A stretch of DNA of 64,000 nucleotides from Sphaerodactylus townsendi (lineage: Eukaryota). Position 1 is the first letter of the stretch, and each line of letters opens with the position of its first letter. Shown one piece after another: positions 38,250-50,696 of this stretch. The position numbers were made by a program, and so were the translations under genes. Where the stretch lies: assembly GCF_021028975.2 (NCBI RefSeq), contig NC_059433.1, positions 49,972,001 through 50,036,000 on the forward strand, read 5' to 3'. Below the pieces are notes generated by a model. That model had not been told where the DNA came from. It did no database searches and saw only the letters and a program-made list of their open reading frames with translations.

Positions 38250-38775
38250 TGCTATTAATTGTGGTAATAGTAAAATGTTTTTTAGAAAAGAAAAACAGGA
38301 ATGAACTCGTTTATATTTATCAGTAACATCATCCTTACATTCAGCTTTCAGCAGGAATGACAGAATTTTAATACTAATTCACAGGCAGGAAGAGAGGAGG
38401 AACATTCACATGCAACTTCAAAAGACATTTATCCCATTCCAGTGGCATGTGTACATGGTCTTTTTAATGTTGTTATTGCTCTGCTCTTTTAGGTGCAACA
38501 GTTGATAGATTACACTGTGTAGTTTACAAGCCATAAATCAACTTGTGAATTAAACAGAATAAAGAACAAGTAAAAAGATGTTCAGAGATATGTGAATAAT
38601 CTCCCCCCACCTCCACCAATTACTAGACGGCTGTAGCTGTGATCTATACAGAAATGTTCTCTGACATTAATAATTACCAAAATGCTTATAGTAGAAATTG
38701 GGAACACCAAAATTCATTTGTGGGAAATGAGATCCATCATTTAAATGTTGTTTGCTAAGATAAAGGCCATGGTGT

Positions 38776-39250
38776 TAGGGTTGCCAACTTTGACTTGGCA
38801 TATATCTGAAGATTTGTCAAGGGTGCCCAGGAAAGACAGAATCTGGCAAGAGGTAGGAGCTCAAATGGATGCAATGCACCCTCTGAAGATGCCTTTTTTT
38901 TCCCAGGAGGATGGCTCTATATAATCTGAAGAGTACTTATGATCCTGGAAGTACTCCAGACACCACCTGGATAGGGTTTCCAAGCTGCATCTGACCCCCC
39001 CTTGGAACAATTGAAGGGTAGGAACTGGTGCATTGGCATAATGCCAGCACACCTGCATCACTTCCAGTTTAAACTGAAAGCGACATGGGGAGGGAGGGTG
39101 CTTTAGCATTTTACAAAAACTATGGTTTTACCATAGAGTTTTTGCGAATGTCATTTCCAGTTTAAGCTGGAAGTAATACACATGTGGCAGTACAATGCTG
39201 AATGCTAGTCTTCAAAGATCTCATCCCTACACCTGGAGGATGGTAACCCT
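38776..39250. mobile_element. Short hAT-like element (AGGGTTGCCA family) hosting a nested MITE
   Basis: Starts TAGGGTTGCCAACT. Its 3' end CACCTGGAGGATGGTAACCCT is split by the insertion at 38972-39229. Confidence 0.75.
38972..39229. mobile_element. hAT-like fold-back MITE
   Basis: TAGGG...CCCTA ends; perfect 8-bp TSD CACCTGGA (38964-38971, 39230-39237); central palindrome AAAACTATGGTTTTACCATAGAGTTTT. Confidence 0.8.
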
Positions 39251-39384
39251 GCGGGGGGTTCATTTTTGGTATTTTGTTTTCATACTCTTGGAGAAGGTGG
39301 GGTGTTTGTAGGAATGGTCATGCTACTGTGAAGTATAATTTTAAAAGTGCAAATCAAGAGACCTTACATATAGATAATAAACAA

Positions 39385-39503
39385 AGCCTTGCGCATACAT
39401 TTGAAACATGAACATATGAAGATGTGGAGGGGGGTAGTTAGGATCACACATGCTGGCTTCATTCTGCACTTTCACGTGTTCAAGGTCTCACATGCACAAG
39501 GAC
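39385..39503. mobile_element. Possible small MITE
   Basis: Inverted ends CCTTGCGCAT / ATGCACAAGG and inner TGAACA / TGTTCA. Confidence 0.35.
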
Positions 39504-40019
39504 CAACACATGTATGTTCAAAAATGCCCCAACTCTGTCCATGGCAGAGAACATCCCTCTCACACAGAATCTAAACAAGCGGGTAATTAAAGTTGTAAAA
39601 GCAATTCTCAGGTTAGTTTTGTTTGGAACACTTGGTTTGAATTGATTATTTTATAGCTGTAAGACAAATCCTCAATCACTGACCATGTTTGACTTAACAA
39701 AGTTCAAGAGAAAGACATCAGTAGGACATCAGTTTTCTCTTTTATGATGTTTCAGATATTATGTTTATTCTGTCATGTGGTTGCTTTTTAAACATTCCTT
39801 TATTCCTTTGTAATCTTGGTGGGGATCCCAAGCTGGGTGCTATTCTTTTGTGGTAATGACTGACATAATTTGCTTTAATTAGAAATGGATAGTCAGACCA
39901 AAACTTTTTGAGGCTTGACTAGACATGACTAGAGGCAGGAGAGGCAATGATTTGCACTTGTTGAGGAGCTAGAATATGGGAATTGTGGCCTTTTAACACC
40001 CAGTAGACTTTCTCAAGGG

Positions 40020-40125
40020 TGGGAAAGTGGCATGATATGGCCCAATCTCATCAGATCTTGGAAGCTGCGCAGAACCAGTATCTGGATGGAAAACCACCAA
40101 GAGAGAGTCTGCTGAGGAACAAAAA
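40020..40125 (+). mobile_element. 5S rRNA-derived SINE head (degenerate; not a functional 5S gene)
   Basis: GCCCAATCTCATCAGATCTTGGAAGCT...AGTATCTGGATGGAAAACCACC resembles 5S rRNA GCCCGATCTCGTCTGATCTCGGAAGCT...AGTACTTGGATGGGAGACCGCC, with CpG decay and a deletion. Confidence 0.75.
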
Positions 40126-40255
40126 CTATACTCTGTCACAGATAAAAATGTACTTTCAGTTGAGGTGCAGCAGCTGAGAAAACTGGATGCTTCCACATTA
40201 GAATATAATCTCAAATTAATATGATAATTATCATTCATTTTTACATGTTGCTTTT

Positions 40256-40793
40256 GTGTTGGTATTGACCTTTAAGGCCCTTTACGGCCTGGGGCCCTCA
40301 TACCTGCGAGACCGCCTTACCCCATATGTCCCGAGTCGCTCTCTCCATTCAGCAGAGGCGAATTTACTGGTGGTCTCTTGTCCCTCTATGATGCAGCTAA
40401 CCTCCACCTTGCCTGGTGAAACACTCTTCCTCCAGCTGTTAGGGCCCTGCGGGACCTTGAGGAGTTCTGCAGGGTCTGTAAAACCGAGCTGTTCCACCGG
40501 GCTTTTGGGGAGGCTGGCTGCTGAGTCCACCCCTCTCTGTTGCCCTATGTGTCATCGGCTTATCTGAAAATCTGCCAGTCCCCTCCCAGGGTTTTTACCG
40601 GATGTCATCCACCTAATTTATTAATTATGGAAGGTTATTGTTGCTACTGTTTTTATTGTATTTATTGTTTTAATTGGGATTGTTTGATTGTTTTAGTCGC
40701 AATGTATTGTGTGTGGTTGCCTGTAAACCGCCCTGAGCTCTTCGGGGGTAGGGCGGTCTAATAAATCGAATTAATAATAATGATAATGATAAT
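40256..40793 (+). mobile_element. L2 LINE 3' fragment
   Basis: VLTFKALYGLGPSYLRDRLTPY is an L2 ORF2 C-terminal motif. Terminal stem-loop CCGCCCTGAGCTCTTCGGGGGTAGGGCGG, then a (TAA/TGA)n tail. Confidence 0.9.
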
Positions 40794-41060
40794 TAAAAAT
40801 CATTATTTTTGCATTATTGAACATGATACTTTGAGACAAGAGCATTTATAGTTAATTGGACAACTATCATCAAATTTTCAAACATATGGGGACAGATGGA
40901 CTAAGTAGGCACTAGAGCCAGGCAGAGCATTCTTCAACAACAAAAAGTTCCAGCATATTTCATTCTGTGGCAGAGGAATATACAATCTACTTACATATTT
41001 TTGTGAGAGTATATTTCTGCTTCTCACTTGCCTTGAAAGTCCCTTACTAGGATAGTCATA

Positions 41061-41149
41061 GTGATGTCCAAAGCCATTAGATGGCTTTAAAATGGATTAG
41101 ACAGGTTAATGGAGAATAGGTCTATCATTGGTTACTAGACAGGGTGACC
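41061..41149 (+). mobile_element. CR1 fragment (end of ORF2)
   Basis: TAGATGGCTTTAAAATGGATTAGACAGGTTAATGGAGAATAGGTCTATC parallels the DSFKRGLDRFMEEKSI segment of the CR1 at 28960-29030. Confidence 0.65.
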
Positions 41150-41153
41150 AAAG

Positions 41154-42260
41154 TGTAACCCTGCCCTTTATCCCCTGCCTTATGAAATATTGAATTTTCA
41201 TATTATTTCTTACACTATGTGCTACAAAATGCCAGTTTCCGTGTTTGTATGGGTGGATAGCAGAGTGTCCAAGCTGAAAGCAAGCCTAAGGCAAAAGGTC
41301 TGTTTGCAAGATTAAATCAGTGAATGAGTTACTCCAGTCAATAGAAGCTGGAAGCCTCGTGGTCCATGGACATATCTTGATTACCACACCCTGCTAAGCT
41401 GTTGTGATACAATGGATCCCAGAGAACTCCCTGGTACTAGACATTATATCTGATGTGCTTTTGAGAAACCATTTCCTCAACAATTGCTCCTTCCCTGTAT
41501 TTCCTCTACCTCTAGATACGATCTCCCTAACAATCAATCCCTTCCTGATCTAATCAAAGCCTCAGCCAAATTTGAATACCTAGGCAGAGTCTTTAAAGAT
41601 ACTCTGCATAAAGCCTTTCAGAGTTCCCTTGATGTAATCAAGGAACAATTGACTCTATTATCCTGGGAAGTAGAAACAATAGATAGAGCTATTAATTAGC
41701 TCAAGCCAGCAATCCCAGCATGGGAAGTCCCAACAGATACAGGAAAACGAAAAAGAAACTTACTTGTTCCTGCCCTTACCTGTGCAAAAGGTATAAAAGT
41801 ACAGTGCACCTCAGAGTCAGCGCTCTTTACTGGCTAAACCTCCCTTGGTATAGTTGGTTTGAGACACGATATCGTCCTTCGCATTGATCCCTATGCTGGC
41901 ATAGGAATCCTTGCCTTTTTCAAGATCTTCTCTGCAGAATTTAGGTAACATATAAGTCCCCTGCTCCCCTCTTCCAATTCTATCATCCAAACCTATCCCT
42001 CTCCTCCCTTTTTATATCATTTAGGAACTGTGTGTATGCTTCTCCATATCTTACTGTGTGATTGTTTGCAACCAAAATTTATATTAAAGTATTTTAAACT
42101 ACAATTTGGTCTCTTGTGCATTCTCTGTGGAACGTTTCAAAAGCCAATTCTGGTATAGTGGTCTAAAATATCCCACCTAGCCTGCCTCTCGCACTGCCAA
42201 GCTGAGTAATTCCCCATTGCTATTTAAAGATAAGTTCTTATACTGTTAAGCTAGGTAACA
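41154..42260 (+). mobile_element. Solo LTR (1.1 kb; ERV1- or Gypsy-type)
   Basis: TGTAACC...GGTAACA termini; 4-bp TSD AAAG (41150-41153, 42261-42264); TATAAAA at 41792-41798; ATTAAA at 42083-42088. Confidence 0.8.
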
Positions 42261-42275
42261 AAAGGTAAAGACAAT

Positions 42276-42416
42276 GGCTCATTCCGCACATGCAGAATAA
42301 TGCACTTTCAAACTGTTTTCAGTGCTCTTTGAAGCTGTGCGGAATAGCAAAATCCACTTGCAAACACTTGTGAAAGTGGTTTGAAAACACATTATTTTGC
42401 ATGTGCGGAAGGGGCC
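42276..42416. mobile_element. PIF/Harbinger-like MITE (141 bp)
   Basis: TIRs GGCTCATTCCGCACATGCAGAATAATG / CATTATTTTGCATGTGCGGAAGGGGCC; perfect TSD AAT (42273-42275, 42417-42419). Confidence 0.88.
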
Positions 42417-42459
42417 AATGTCTGGTGTACAAAGGAAAAGACCCTGCAGGAGGCAACAA

Positions 42460-42533
42460 GATTGTGTGTTCCTGCATTGCAGGGGGTTGGACTTGATGGT
42501 CCTTTGGGTCTCTTCCAACTCTATGATTCTATG
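42460..42533 (+). mobile_element. CR1 3' terminus
   Basis: GCAGGGGGTTGGACTTGATGGTCC...TTCCAACTCTATGATTCTATG, the canonical CR1 end with its 8-bp repeat. Confidence 0.85.
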
Positions 42534-44172
42534 TAGACTAGGCTCTCAGTTTGCATGAATGTAACATCAGCATAAGCCTATAGTGCACCCTACAGTTCAC
42601 AATAGCTGAAGAAACTTGAAACTGGACCACTGGCCAGAGCACGTCACACACAAAAGTGTAGATTTTTCAATCTACTATATTTCTAGGTATAAATCACAAG
42701 AACATCACCCCATCTAAACCTACCCTGAAGCTCACAACAAAAAGAGGGGGGAAAGTCAGAGCTACTCATATCAATGCAGGCAAAGACTGGATGTGTCCCT
42801 AATTTCCTTACATGAATTGTGGTTAACAAAAAGTGCTAAAAAGAAGCAAAGCATCATCTTACTACTTTAAATATTCATGTCTATCTACAGCAGTGGTAGT
42901 TGGTCGATTTCAGAAGAATGCCAGGTAATATGCTTGATTTGTTAATGGTCTGAATGCCACAAGTTCATTGCACCTCATTTATCATTTTCCTCACAGCCCC
43001 AGAACCATTTAGCAAGGCGGCAAACATTGTATGTGGACTAAAGTCTGTGTCATTCTCTTACCCCAAAGTAATCTTTTGTATTTTCAATGGAATTTGGACA
43101 ATATAATCTAGTAATAGGATTCTAGTCCTGCAAAGCAATATTGCTGGGTGTTTTGACTTCTCCAGTAGATTGAATTGGTTGGTACTGATCAGTGCCTTTT
43201 ATTTTTACACACGGGGGAGTAGCTTTAAAAGGAATGGCAGAATGAAAGATTGTCCAAAATACATTTTTAAAATATAACTTCCTTGAGGAAAAATAGCACA
43301 ACTTATTCTTTTTTGATTATGTGCGCTTAATCACACCCTTGGCAAACTTCAAGGTAATTGACTTTTTGTTCCTTTTTAAATACCTGGGGGAATAGCATAA
43401 CCTGAATTATGAAACAAATGTTACGTTTTATTTTCACATCCGGATATTTTAATAGGAGAAAGAAAAGGTTTGTTTAGAACGGCAATAAATATGCAAAGAA
43501 TTCAGCAGCTAAGACAAACATTTCAATAAATAACTTAATTGAACTGTGCATATTCAGTGATTGAAATCTGATTACTTTGTGGCTTAATTTGTGTCCTGCT
43601 TGACTGCTTCACAGTTGCAAGCAATTTAACAGGGCTGGCAGTACATGAAGATGGAATGTTAAATAGTTACCATGTGGTGCACAGCAAAAGCATCTTAAGT
43701 ATTTCTTTAAAATTATATTTTTATATGTGTAGGCCTGCATGTGATACCATGCTTATTTAGACATCTAAGTAAGTAGATGTTTTGGAAGACATTATAATCA
43801 CAGACCTCACTATCTTCCACGGGCCGGATTGTGCCCACTAAAATGAATAATATAGATTCATGCCTGTGATTACATGACTTTTAAAATATACACTATGGAC
43901 AATTACCCATGGTCAGCTCTGCCCTGCCCTTGTCCACTCTGGTTCAAAAGTTGCGCCAGAAGGGCTCTCACTTTCCACAGAAAAAGCGAGAAGCGTGGCC
44001 GGGGCAAGAGGAAGTGCATCAGGACAAGAAATCTTGCCCCAACGTGCTCCCTCTCTTGGCGCATCACAGGGAGGAAGCACATCAGGACAAGATTTCTTGC
44101 CCCAATGTGCTCCAGCTGCCAGAGCACAGCAGCTTCCCCATGGGTAATCGGCTTATCATTTATTGCATAGAT

Positions 44173-44690
44173 CAGGGGTCGGCAACCTTTACCACCCAAA
44201 CAGCCATTTGGACCTGTTTTCCATGGCCCCGAAGATCTACTGAGCTGGAGAGTCACCTCCGGTTCGGCCCCTCCACTCACCTTTCCTTCCAGCGCTGGGC
44301 GGCGGAGGTGCCGGCAGGGAAACCCCCTCTGACCGACGAAGCAGGCAGCCGCCTGCTCCTTGGGGCAGAGGGGGGATGGTGGCTGCTCTGGAGGGACATG
44401 CCCATGCTACCCTCCAACCTCCAGGGGTCAGAGGGCAACATGGGTGTGTCCCTCCAGCCCTCCAGAGCAGCGCTGGAAGGAGAGGTGAGTGGAGGGGATG
44501 CGAAAAGCAGCACCCTTGCGCACAGAGCCACCTCTGCTTCGGCCCCTCCACTCACCTTTCCTTCCAGCGCTGCTCTAGAGGGCTGGAGGTTCATGTCCAT
44601 GCTACCCTCCAATCTCCAGGCCATGTGGAGCCACAGTATAAGGCTGAAAGAGCCGCATGTGGCTCTGGAGCCACAGGTTGCAGACCCCTG
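44173..44690. mobile_element. hAT (Charlie-like) MITE
   Basis: TIRs CAGGGGTCGGCAACCT / AGGTTGCAGACCCCTG; perfect 8-bp TSD GCATAGAT (44165-44172, 44691-44698). Interior built from direct and inverted copies of a CCCTCCACTCACCTTT..TTCCAGCGCTG module. Confidence 0.92.
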
Positions 44691-46800
44691 GCATAGATGG
44701 AACACGACATTTATGAGATACTTTATAAAGTTCCTCAAAATCCACCATTTCTTCTTTCCAGTATCAAGTTTAGTAAAGTGTGTTAGATGGTTTCCATAAA
44801 TTCATATTTGTCAGACTCCAGGTATCTGCACAAATTCCCTTCATGCAAATTGGGAGTTTGGCAGCCACATGTATTAGAAGCACACTGTCCCTGTAATGTA
44901 CCTATTTTGTATAATAATCACCATATTGTGCAAATTCTGGTTTGTGTGTTTGGGGGGGATCACATTTATCCAGTACATCTTGTGGACTGCGCACTCCCGA
45001 TACATGCAGTTGTCAGGCTCCCAGTTCACACAAACACAGAGACTTAGTGTCCAGAAGGCTAAGCATATACTGCACTTGCCAGGTGTGGAAGGAGAGGTGT
45101 GTCATGCATTCCCTGTCTAGTGCTGCATTCCTCCCAAAACCCTTGGGCTGCAATAGCAGTCTCTTGTCCTGAGTTTTAAGAAGTACAGTGGATTGGTCAA
45201 TAGATTGTGGAGAAGTTAATATGGCTTTTTCAGGTTTTGTGGTTATTCAGGTTTACTGAATCTCCAAGCCTAGTACTTAAATACGTACATGTCAGCAATT
45301 TGTACAGATCTTAATATAAATATAATAGCATGTAAATCCTCCTCCACACCGTACAATTTTTCAGAGGAACACTTGCTCAAAGACCCCATGTATCTGACTG
45401 AGCTTTTCTAAATAAAAATGTTCTGAAGAAAAGAAATTTGACCACAATAGAGATATTTCAACATTCCTTCCATTCGTAGAATCATAGAAGTGGAAGCACC
45501 ATAGGAATGATAGCAGTATGATATCACTGTGCTACAAAGAAGGACCCAAATATTTGAATGAGGTTTTTTTTCAGATCCTTGTTATTAAGTACTGATGGAA
45601 ATGTCAAGAGAACAGCGAGTTTTAAGGAAGAGTATGTTTTATGTTTGCAAGTACTATTTAACACTGATTCTGCAGAAGTCTATAATAGATTTGGTAAAGC
45701 AGCAAGAGTTTTGAGAGGATGAAATAATCAGACTTTCCCATGTTCAAAGTTTAAAAGATTTTGGAAACTCTTCTGAATTGTTCTACCAATTGGACTGCAC
45801 CCTTGGAGCAGTAGACAACTGCTTCAGTTTGCAACCTGTTTTTCAAATAATTATTCTATCGTGACTAGTTTTCTTGATGTGGTTTGAAATTCTGGAGATA
45901 CCTTTTTGACATCTCTTGCAGTTTAGTATCTAGGAGGTACTTGGAATCAAGTTTAAATGATTGGCAGCAGTGTATATTTTCAAGAACTTCAAGCTTTGCA
46001 AGATGCCAACTCTATGGCTAAGGGGAGAGTTATACAACTGTGTTTTGCAGCATGATGAAACCTTTCAGTCTGCTTGTTACGAATAATAAATAAGCACAAG
46101 CTTCAGTGTCTTTCATGGCAGCAACAAAATGGCCATGGGCAAAAGGAGCCAATTCTGGGAACCCAAAACTTGGTTTTTATGCCCAGTTTATTTCTGTCGT
46201 TTTCCCTTCAGCATCTTCCCCATGCAAGCCAAAGCGCAAAGTGCTTAAGAAGTGTGTTGGTATTTCAGGAAAAAGAAAACTGGAACTGAAATGTCAGAAA
46301 ATAGAATGGGAGTTACAAATCATATGAAGTAGGCATGATAGGAGATCTGTGGAATAAGAAAATATACATATTCCAGCACTGGCCTATTTGCACAGCTTTT
46401 CTTTGCTCTTCCTCTCAACAAGTATTGCATTTGGGGATGCCAGTGGGTACAAGCCAAATGACAAGAACCAGAGGGACCATAGTTTGTGCCCTCTGGCCTT
46501 TAAAGAGCTGTCACAACAGATCCAGCTTTGTCCCAAACTATGGTTACTTATTTTTGTTGTTTTATTTAAATTGTACTTTTGTCTACTGCATTTTTTCTAC
46601 TGTGAGTCTCACTGGTGAGAAAAGCAGGAGATAAATATTCTATGCAAAGCATTTAAATTGACACATGGTTTATTCTATACAACACAAATAAAATATCTTC
46701 AGGACATTCTAATGAAGTGCTTTGGGGTGAAATTCCACAGTTTCCCTCCCAAAATGTTTGGAAGACATCTTATTTTTCCTCCAAGCATTTTATTTTGAAA

Positions 46801-46949
46801 NNNNNNNNNNNNNNNNNNNNNNNNNNNNNNNNNNNNNNNNNNNNNNNNNNNNNNNNNNNNNNNNNNNNNNNNNNNNNNNNNNNNNNNNNNNNNNNNNNNN
46901 NNNNNNNNNNNNNNNNNNNNNNNNNNNNNNNNNNNNNNNNNNNNNNNNN
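46801..46949. other. Assembly gap (149 N)
   Basis: Run of N abutting the 3' end of an L2. Confidence 1.
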
Positions 46950-48399
46950 GAAAGGGCTCAGGGTGACGTACAATCAAAACGCAGCAAAGTTACAATAAAA
47001 ACATTCAATATATAAATTATTTAAAACCAACAAAACAGTTCAGCAAGACTTAAAAACCAGGATGGCGACTTCCCTGTCTAGACCCACCGGAGGCCGTAGA
47101 CGAAACTTTAGGGCTTAGCCCGGCTGGCAAGATGGAAACGCCTGGTGGAACAGCTCCATCTTACAGGCCCTACAGAATTCGTTAAGGTCCTGCAGGGCCC
47201 TGATCTCTGGGGGAAGCTTGTACCACCAGGTCGGGGCCAGGACTGAAAAAGCCCTGGCCCTCATTAAGGCCAGCCAGGCATTTTGGGGGCTGGGGACTCT
47301 CAGAAGATGCACCTCCAAGGAGCGGAGGGACCTAGTTGGGCAATATGGGGAGAGGTGGTCCCTCAGGTACATGGGTCCAAGACCTCTCAGGGCTTTAAAG
47401 GTTAAAACCAAAACCTTGAAGATGGCCTGGTACTGAATTGACAGCCAATGCAGTTTATAAAGGACAGGTGTAATATGGTCTTCTCAAAACCCCTTCCAGG
47501 AGACAACCTGTCACATGCTGCATGAGCTTCAATTTCCAGACCGAACTTAAGGAAGTGTCACCATACAGTGAATTACAATAATCCAGTCTAGGGGTGATCG
47601 TTGCATGGATTACTGTGGCAGGGTCAGAACTGGAGAGATATGGGGCCAACTGGCATGCCTGTCAGAGATGGTAAAAGGCCGTCTGGGCAGTCCTAGAAAT
47701 CTGGGCCTCCCAGGACAACCTGGAGTCCAGAATCACACCCAGATTATGCACCATTGAGGATAGATGTACTTCCTCACCAGCCAGAACAGGCAGCCCAAAA
47801 TCAGCCGGCATCCCTCCCTGACCCACCCACCGAACCTCTGTCTTTGCTGGGTTCAATTCCAGCCTGCTCGCTCTCAACCAGCCAGCCACAACCTCAAAAC
47901 AATGTTAGAGAGCCTCAAGGGCTGAGTGTGGACAACCCACCATCGTCAAGACTAGCTGGGTGTCATCCACATACTGGTGACACCGCAGCCCGAAACCGTA
48001 GTCCAGCTCAGCCAGGGGGCACATATAGATATTAAAAGCATTGGGGAAAGGATTGCCCCCTGTGGCACCCCACAGTTGATGGAGTGCCGATGGGAGTTCT
48101 CCCCCGACATTACCTGTAGCCCCCAGCTCTGTAGGAACGAGTTAAACCAGCATAATGCTGTTCCCCATATTCTGGCATTCGCAAGGCGGTAGACCAGCAG
48201 GTCATGGTCAACTGTGTCAAATGCTGCGGTGAGGTCAAGGAGCACCAGCAGTGCTGAGCCACCCTGGTCGAAATGAAGCTGAAGCTCATCAGTGATGGTG
48301 AGCAGAACCGTCTTGGTCTTGCGACCAGCACAGAAACTTGGCTAGAAGGGATCCAACACCTTGGTGTCATTCAGGAATTCCCGCAGCTGTTCAGCCACC
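46950..48399 (-). mobile_element. L2 LINE, 5'-truncated, degraded RT region
   Basis: ORF pieces LLDLTAAFDTVDHDLL, CGVPQGAILSPML, WLRASRLELNPAKTEV, RLDYCNSLY and VLTFKALRGLGPMYLRDHL. Multiple frameshifts and stops. Confidence 0.93.
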
Positions 48400-48684
48400 C
48401 AGTTTTATTGAAGTCACTTTGAAAATGTTTCCTGCTTGTTGTATGGAGAGAAGGAAATGCCTCCCCCTTTTAGGAGCTTTTACTTTCATTTTCACCACAG
48501 CCTGCACCGGCCATTTTCAGCTGTTGCAGGATTCTCTGTGTCGCCCGGCATTTGCAGAAGGTTCCCACAAGGATTTTCTGTGCTTGCACTTCATCCGCCC
48601 ATAATTTATGTCTGAAAAGTACATGAATAAATTTAGTTTTCACTGCCGACTTGGCACAAGAGTAATTTTTCTTTCTTTTTTCAT

Positions 48685-48778
48685 TTTTGAGGAAGGTGTC
48701 TTTAAAGCTATGGGGATGAGAATCAGCAATATGAGCATATTTCTAATCTTCATAGCTTCAAAGACACCTCCTTCAAAA
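48685..48778. repeat. Imperfect inverted repeat (probable DNA-transposon remnant)
   Basis: TTTTGAGGAAGGTGTCTTTAAAGCTATG pairs with CATAGCTTCAAAGACACCTCCTTCAAAA. Confidence 0.65.
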
Positions 48779-49051
48779 CAACCTACAAGAAAACAATTTT
48801 TGCACTTAGCCCTATTAGTTTTGGGAATTTTTGTACAACCTGCACTTTAATTGCTTAAGGCTTGATATAGATATAGATATCCCCCTTCTGGGCAAGTTTG
48901 CAATATGCATGTTTTGCTGAAGAAGCAATCTACAGCAGAACAGGGGTCATTCAGAAAATCCTGTCCATTGTTTATTGTGACCACCCTTTTTACCTGAGAC
49001 TTATCTGTCCAGTTCCAGCTCATGTGAATGCTCCTTGTGACCAGTTCTGAG

Positions 49052-49627
49052 CAGTGGTGGTATTCAACCGGATCAACCACCAGTTCGCCCCTCCCTGCCA
49101 CACATCCCCCTCCTTGTGCCTCCCGCCCACTTACCTGGCTGCTGCACCCCCACCCCTCTTTCCGATGTTGGATGGGGGAAGGCAAGGGAAGGCAGTGGCT
49201 TCAGGGGGTGTCTGCGGTATGGCCTTTGGGGAGGGCTGGGAGGCCTGCTGGAGCACCAGGAGGGCAGGCAACCCCCCCTGCGGGGGGCCAGCTGGCTGCC
49301 AATTGGGTTGTGCACCTCTGAGCTGGTGGTGCGGCCTTCAGGGTAGGCCATGCTATGTGCACGGCCCAATTGGTGGCCGGCCACAGATCGGACTGTGCAC
49401 GCAGTGCAGCCTTCTGGAGTGGCCTGCTCTGCTGGTGCTCTAGCAGGCCTCCCAGCCCTCCCGCAAAGGCCACATGCCATGGTACCACCCAAGGGCGGCC
49501 CAGGTGTTTGGCCCGATCTGTCGAACACCTGGCAGGTGTTCAGCCCTGGGGTGGTGCCATGGTGGGATTCAGCAGGTTAGCTACTGGTTCGGGGGAACTG
49601 GTGCGAACCAGCTGAATCCCACCTCTG
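49052..49627. mobile_element. hAT-like MITE with internal inverted repeat
   Basis: TIRs CAGTGGTGGTATTCA / TGAATCCCACCTCTG; TSD GTTCTGAG / GCTGTGAG (6 of 8); inner arms at about 49220-49259 and 49432-49472. Confidence 0.82.
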
Positions 49628-50484
49628 GCTGTGAGACTATTTTGTGCCAGGACTTACAGTGTTCTTCCACAAGGGGATATATAGTGTGCTTGCCAGCTGG
49701 CTAGCACACACATGTGTGTGTTTATGTTGTCTTCTTGTTGTGTTTGTTCCTAATTGCACTTTGGAACATAACATATTAGTCACATTAAATTGAGAACTTT
49801 ATTCTTAAATTGAGACACTTTATTCTTGGTTGGCATTTCTACAGTCAGTAGCCTGGGTGTAGTTGGTCTATTCAATGTTGTTTGGCAAGTATATTATGAC
49901 ATAAGTTTCCATAGTCAAGAGCTCGCCTTTTTCAAATGTATTGCAGGTTGGCCATGTCAAAAAAAACTAGGGAGAAAAACCTGGAGAAGATGTGCCAGTA
50001 AATCTGCAAACTTTCATATGCAATAACATGAATTTGACTATGACAGTGACCTGGCTGCAGAAAACAAAACAGAAGTACATGTTCTCTTCCTTAGATAAAG
50101 ATTTCATTTTGTTTTCCCCTATTGTTTTCCCCTATCAAACCTTATTCCCTGGTATGTTCCTGTGAACCAGATACACCTTTTTCTGGTGGTACCCTCACCT
50201 AGAATGGTCTACTTGGCAATAAATCACAGTCTTCATCTGAGGAAGTTCCATTCCAGAGGAATGGCTTAATTGACTGAATGAAGAGAGAACCTTTACTTAT
50301 TGGATTCAAGAAACTGTGTAAAATGAGGGGGGGGGGGTCCAAGTAGATTTGGTGGAAGGATAACTGTTGTTGGATAACATGGCTGTTTTCTAACTGTCAA
50401 TTTTAATTGTGCATGGGTTTTAACTTGTTGCTGAAAGATTATGATGCTTTGGTGTTGATGTGCTGCTTTGTTAGCTGCCTTGAG

Positions 50485-50696
50485 NNNNNNNNNNNNNNNN
50501 NNNNNNNNNNNNNNNNNNNNNNNNNNNNNNNNNNNNNNNNNNNNNNNNNNNNNNNNNNNNNNNNNNNNNNNNNNNNNNNNNNNNNNNNNNNNNNNNNNNN
50601 NNNNNNNNNNNNNNNNNNNNNNNNNNNNNNNNNNNNNNNNNNNNNNNNNNNNNNNNNNNNNNNNNNNNNNNNNNNNNNNNNNNNNNNNNNNNNNNN
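50485..50696. other. Assembly gap (212 N)
   Basis: Run of N directly after GTTAGCTGCCTTGAG, which resembles an L2-type terminal motif. Confidence 1.

Noticed and set aside
40020-40125. 5S rRNA gene
   Set aside because: Lacks the 5S 5' end, has an internal deletion and many substitutions; it is a SINE head.
43909-44799. 296-aa ORF, the longest in the window
   Set aside because: Spans a TSD-bounded hAT MITE made of internal repeats; no transposase or other motifs.
46699-47015. ORFs crossing the N-run (also 50407-50744)
   Set aside because: Artefacts of translating assembly gaps.
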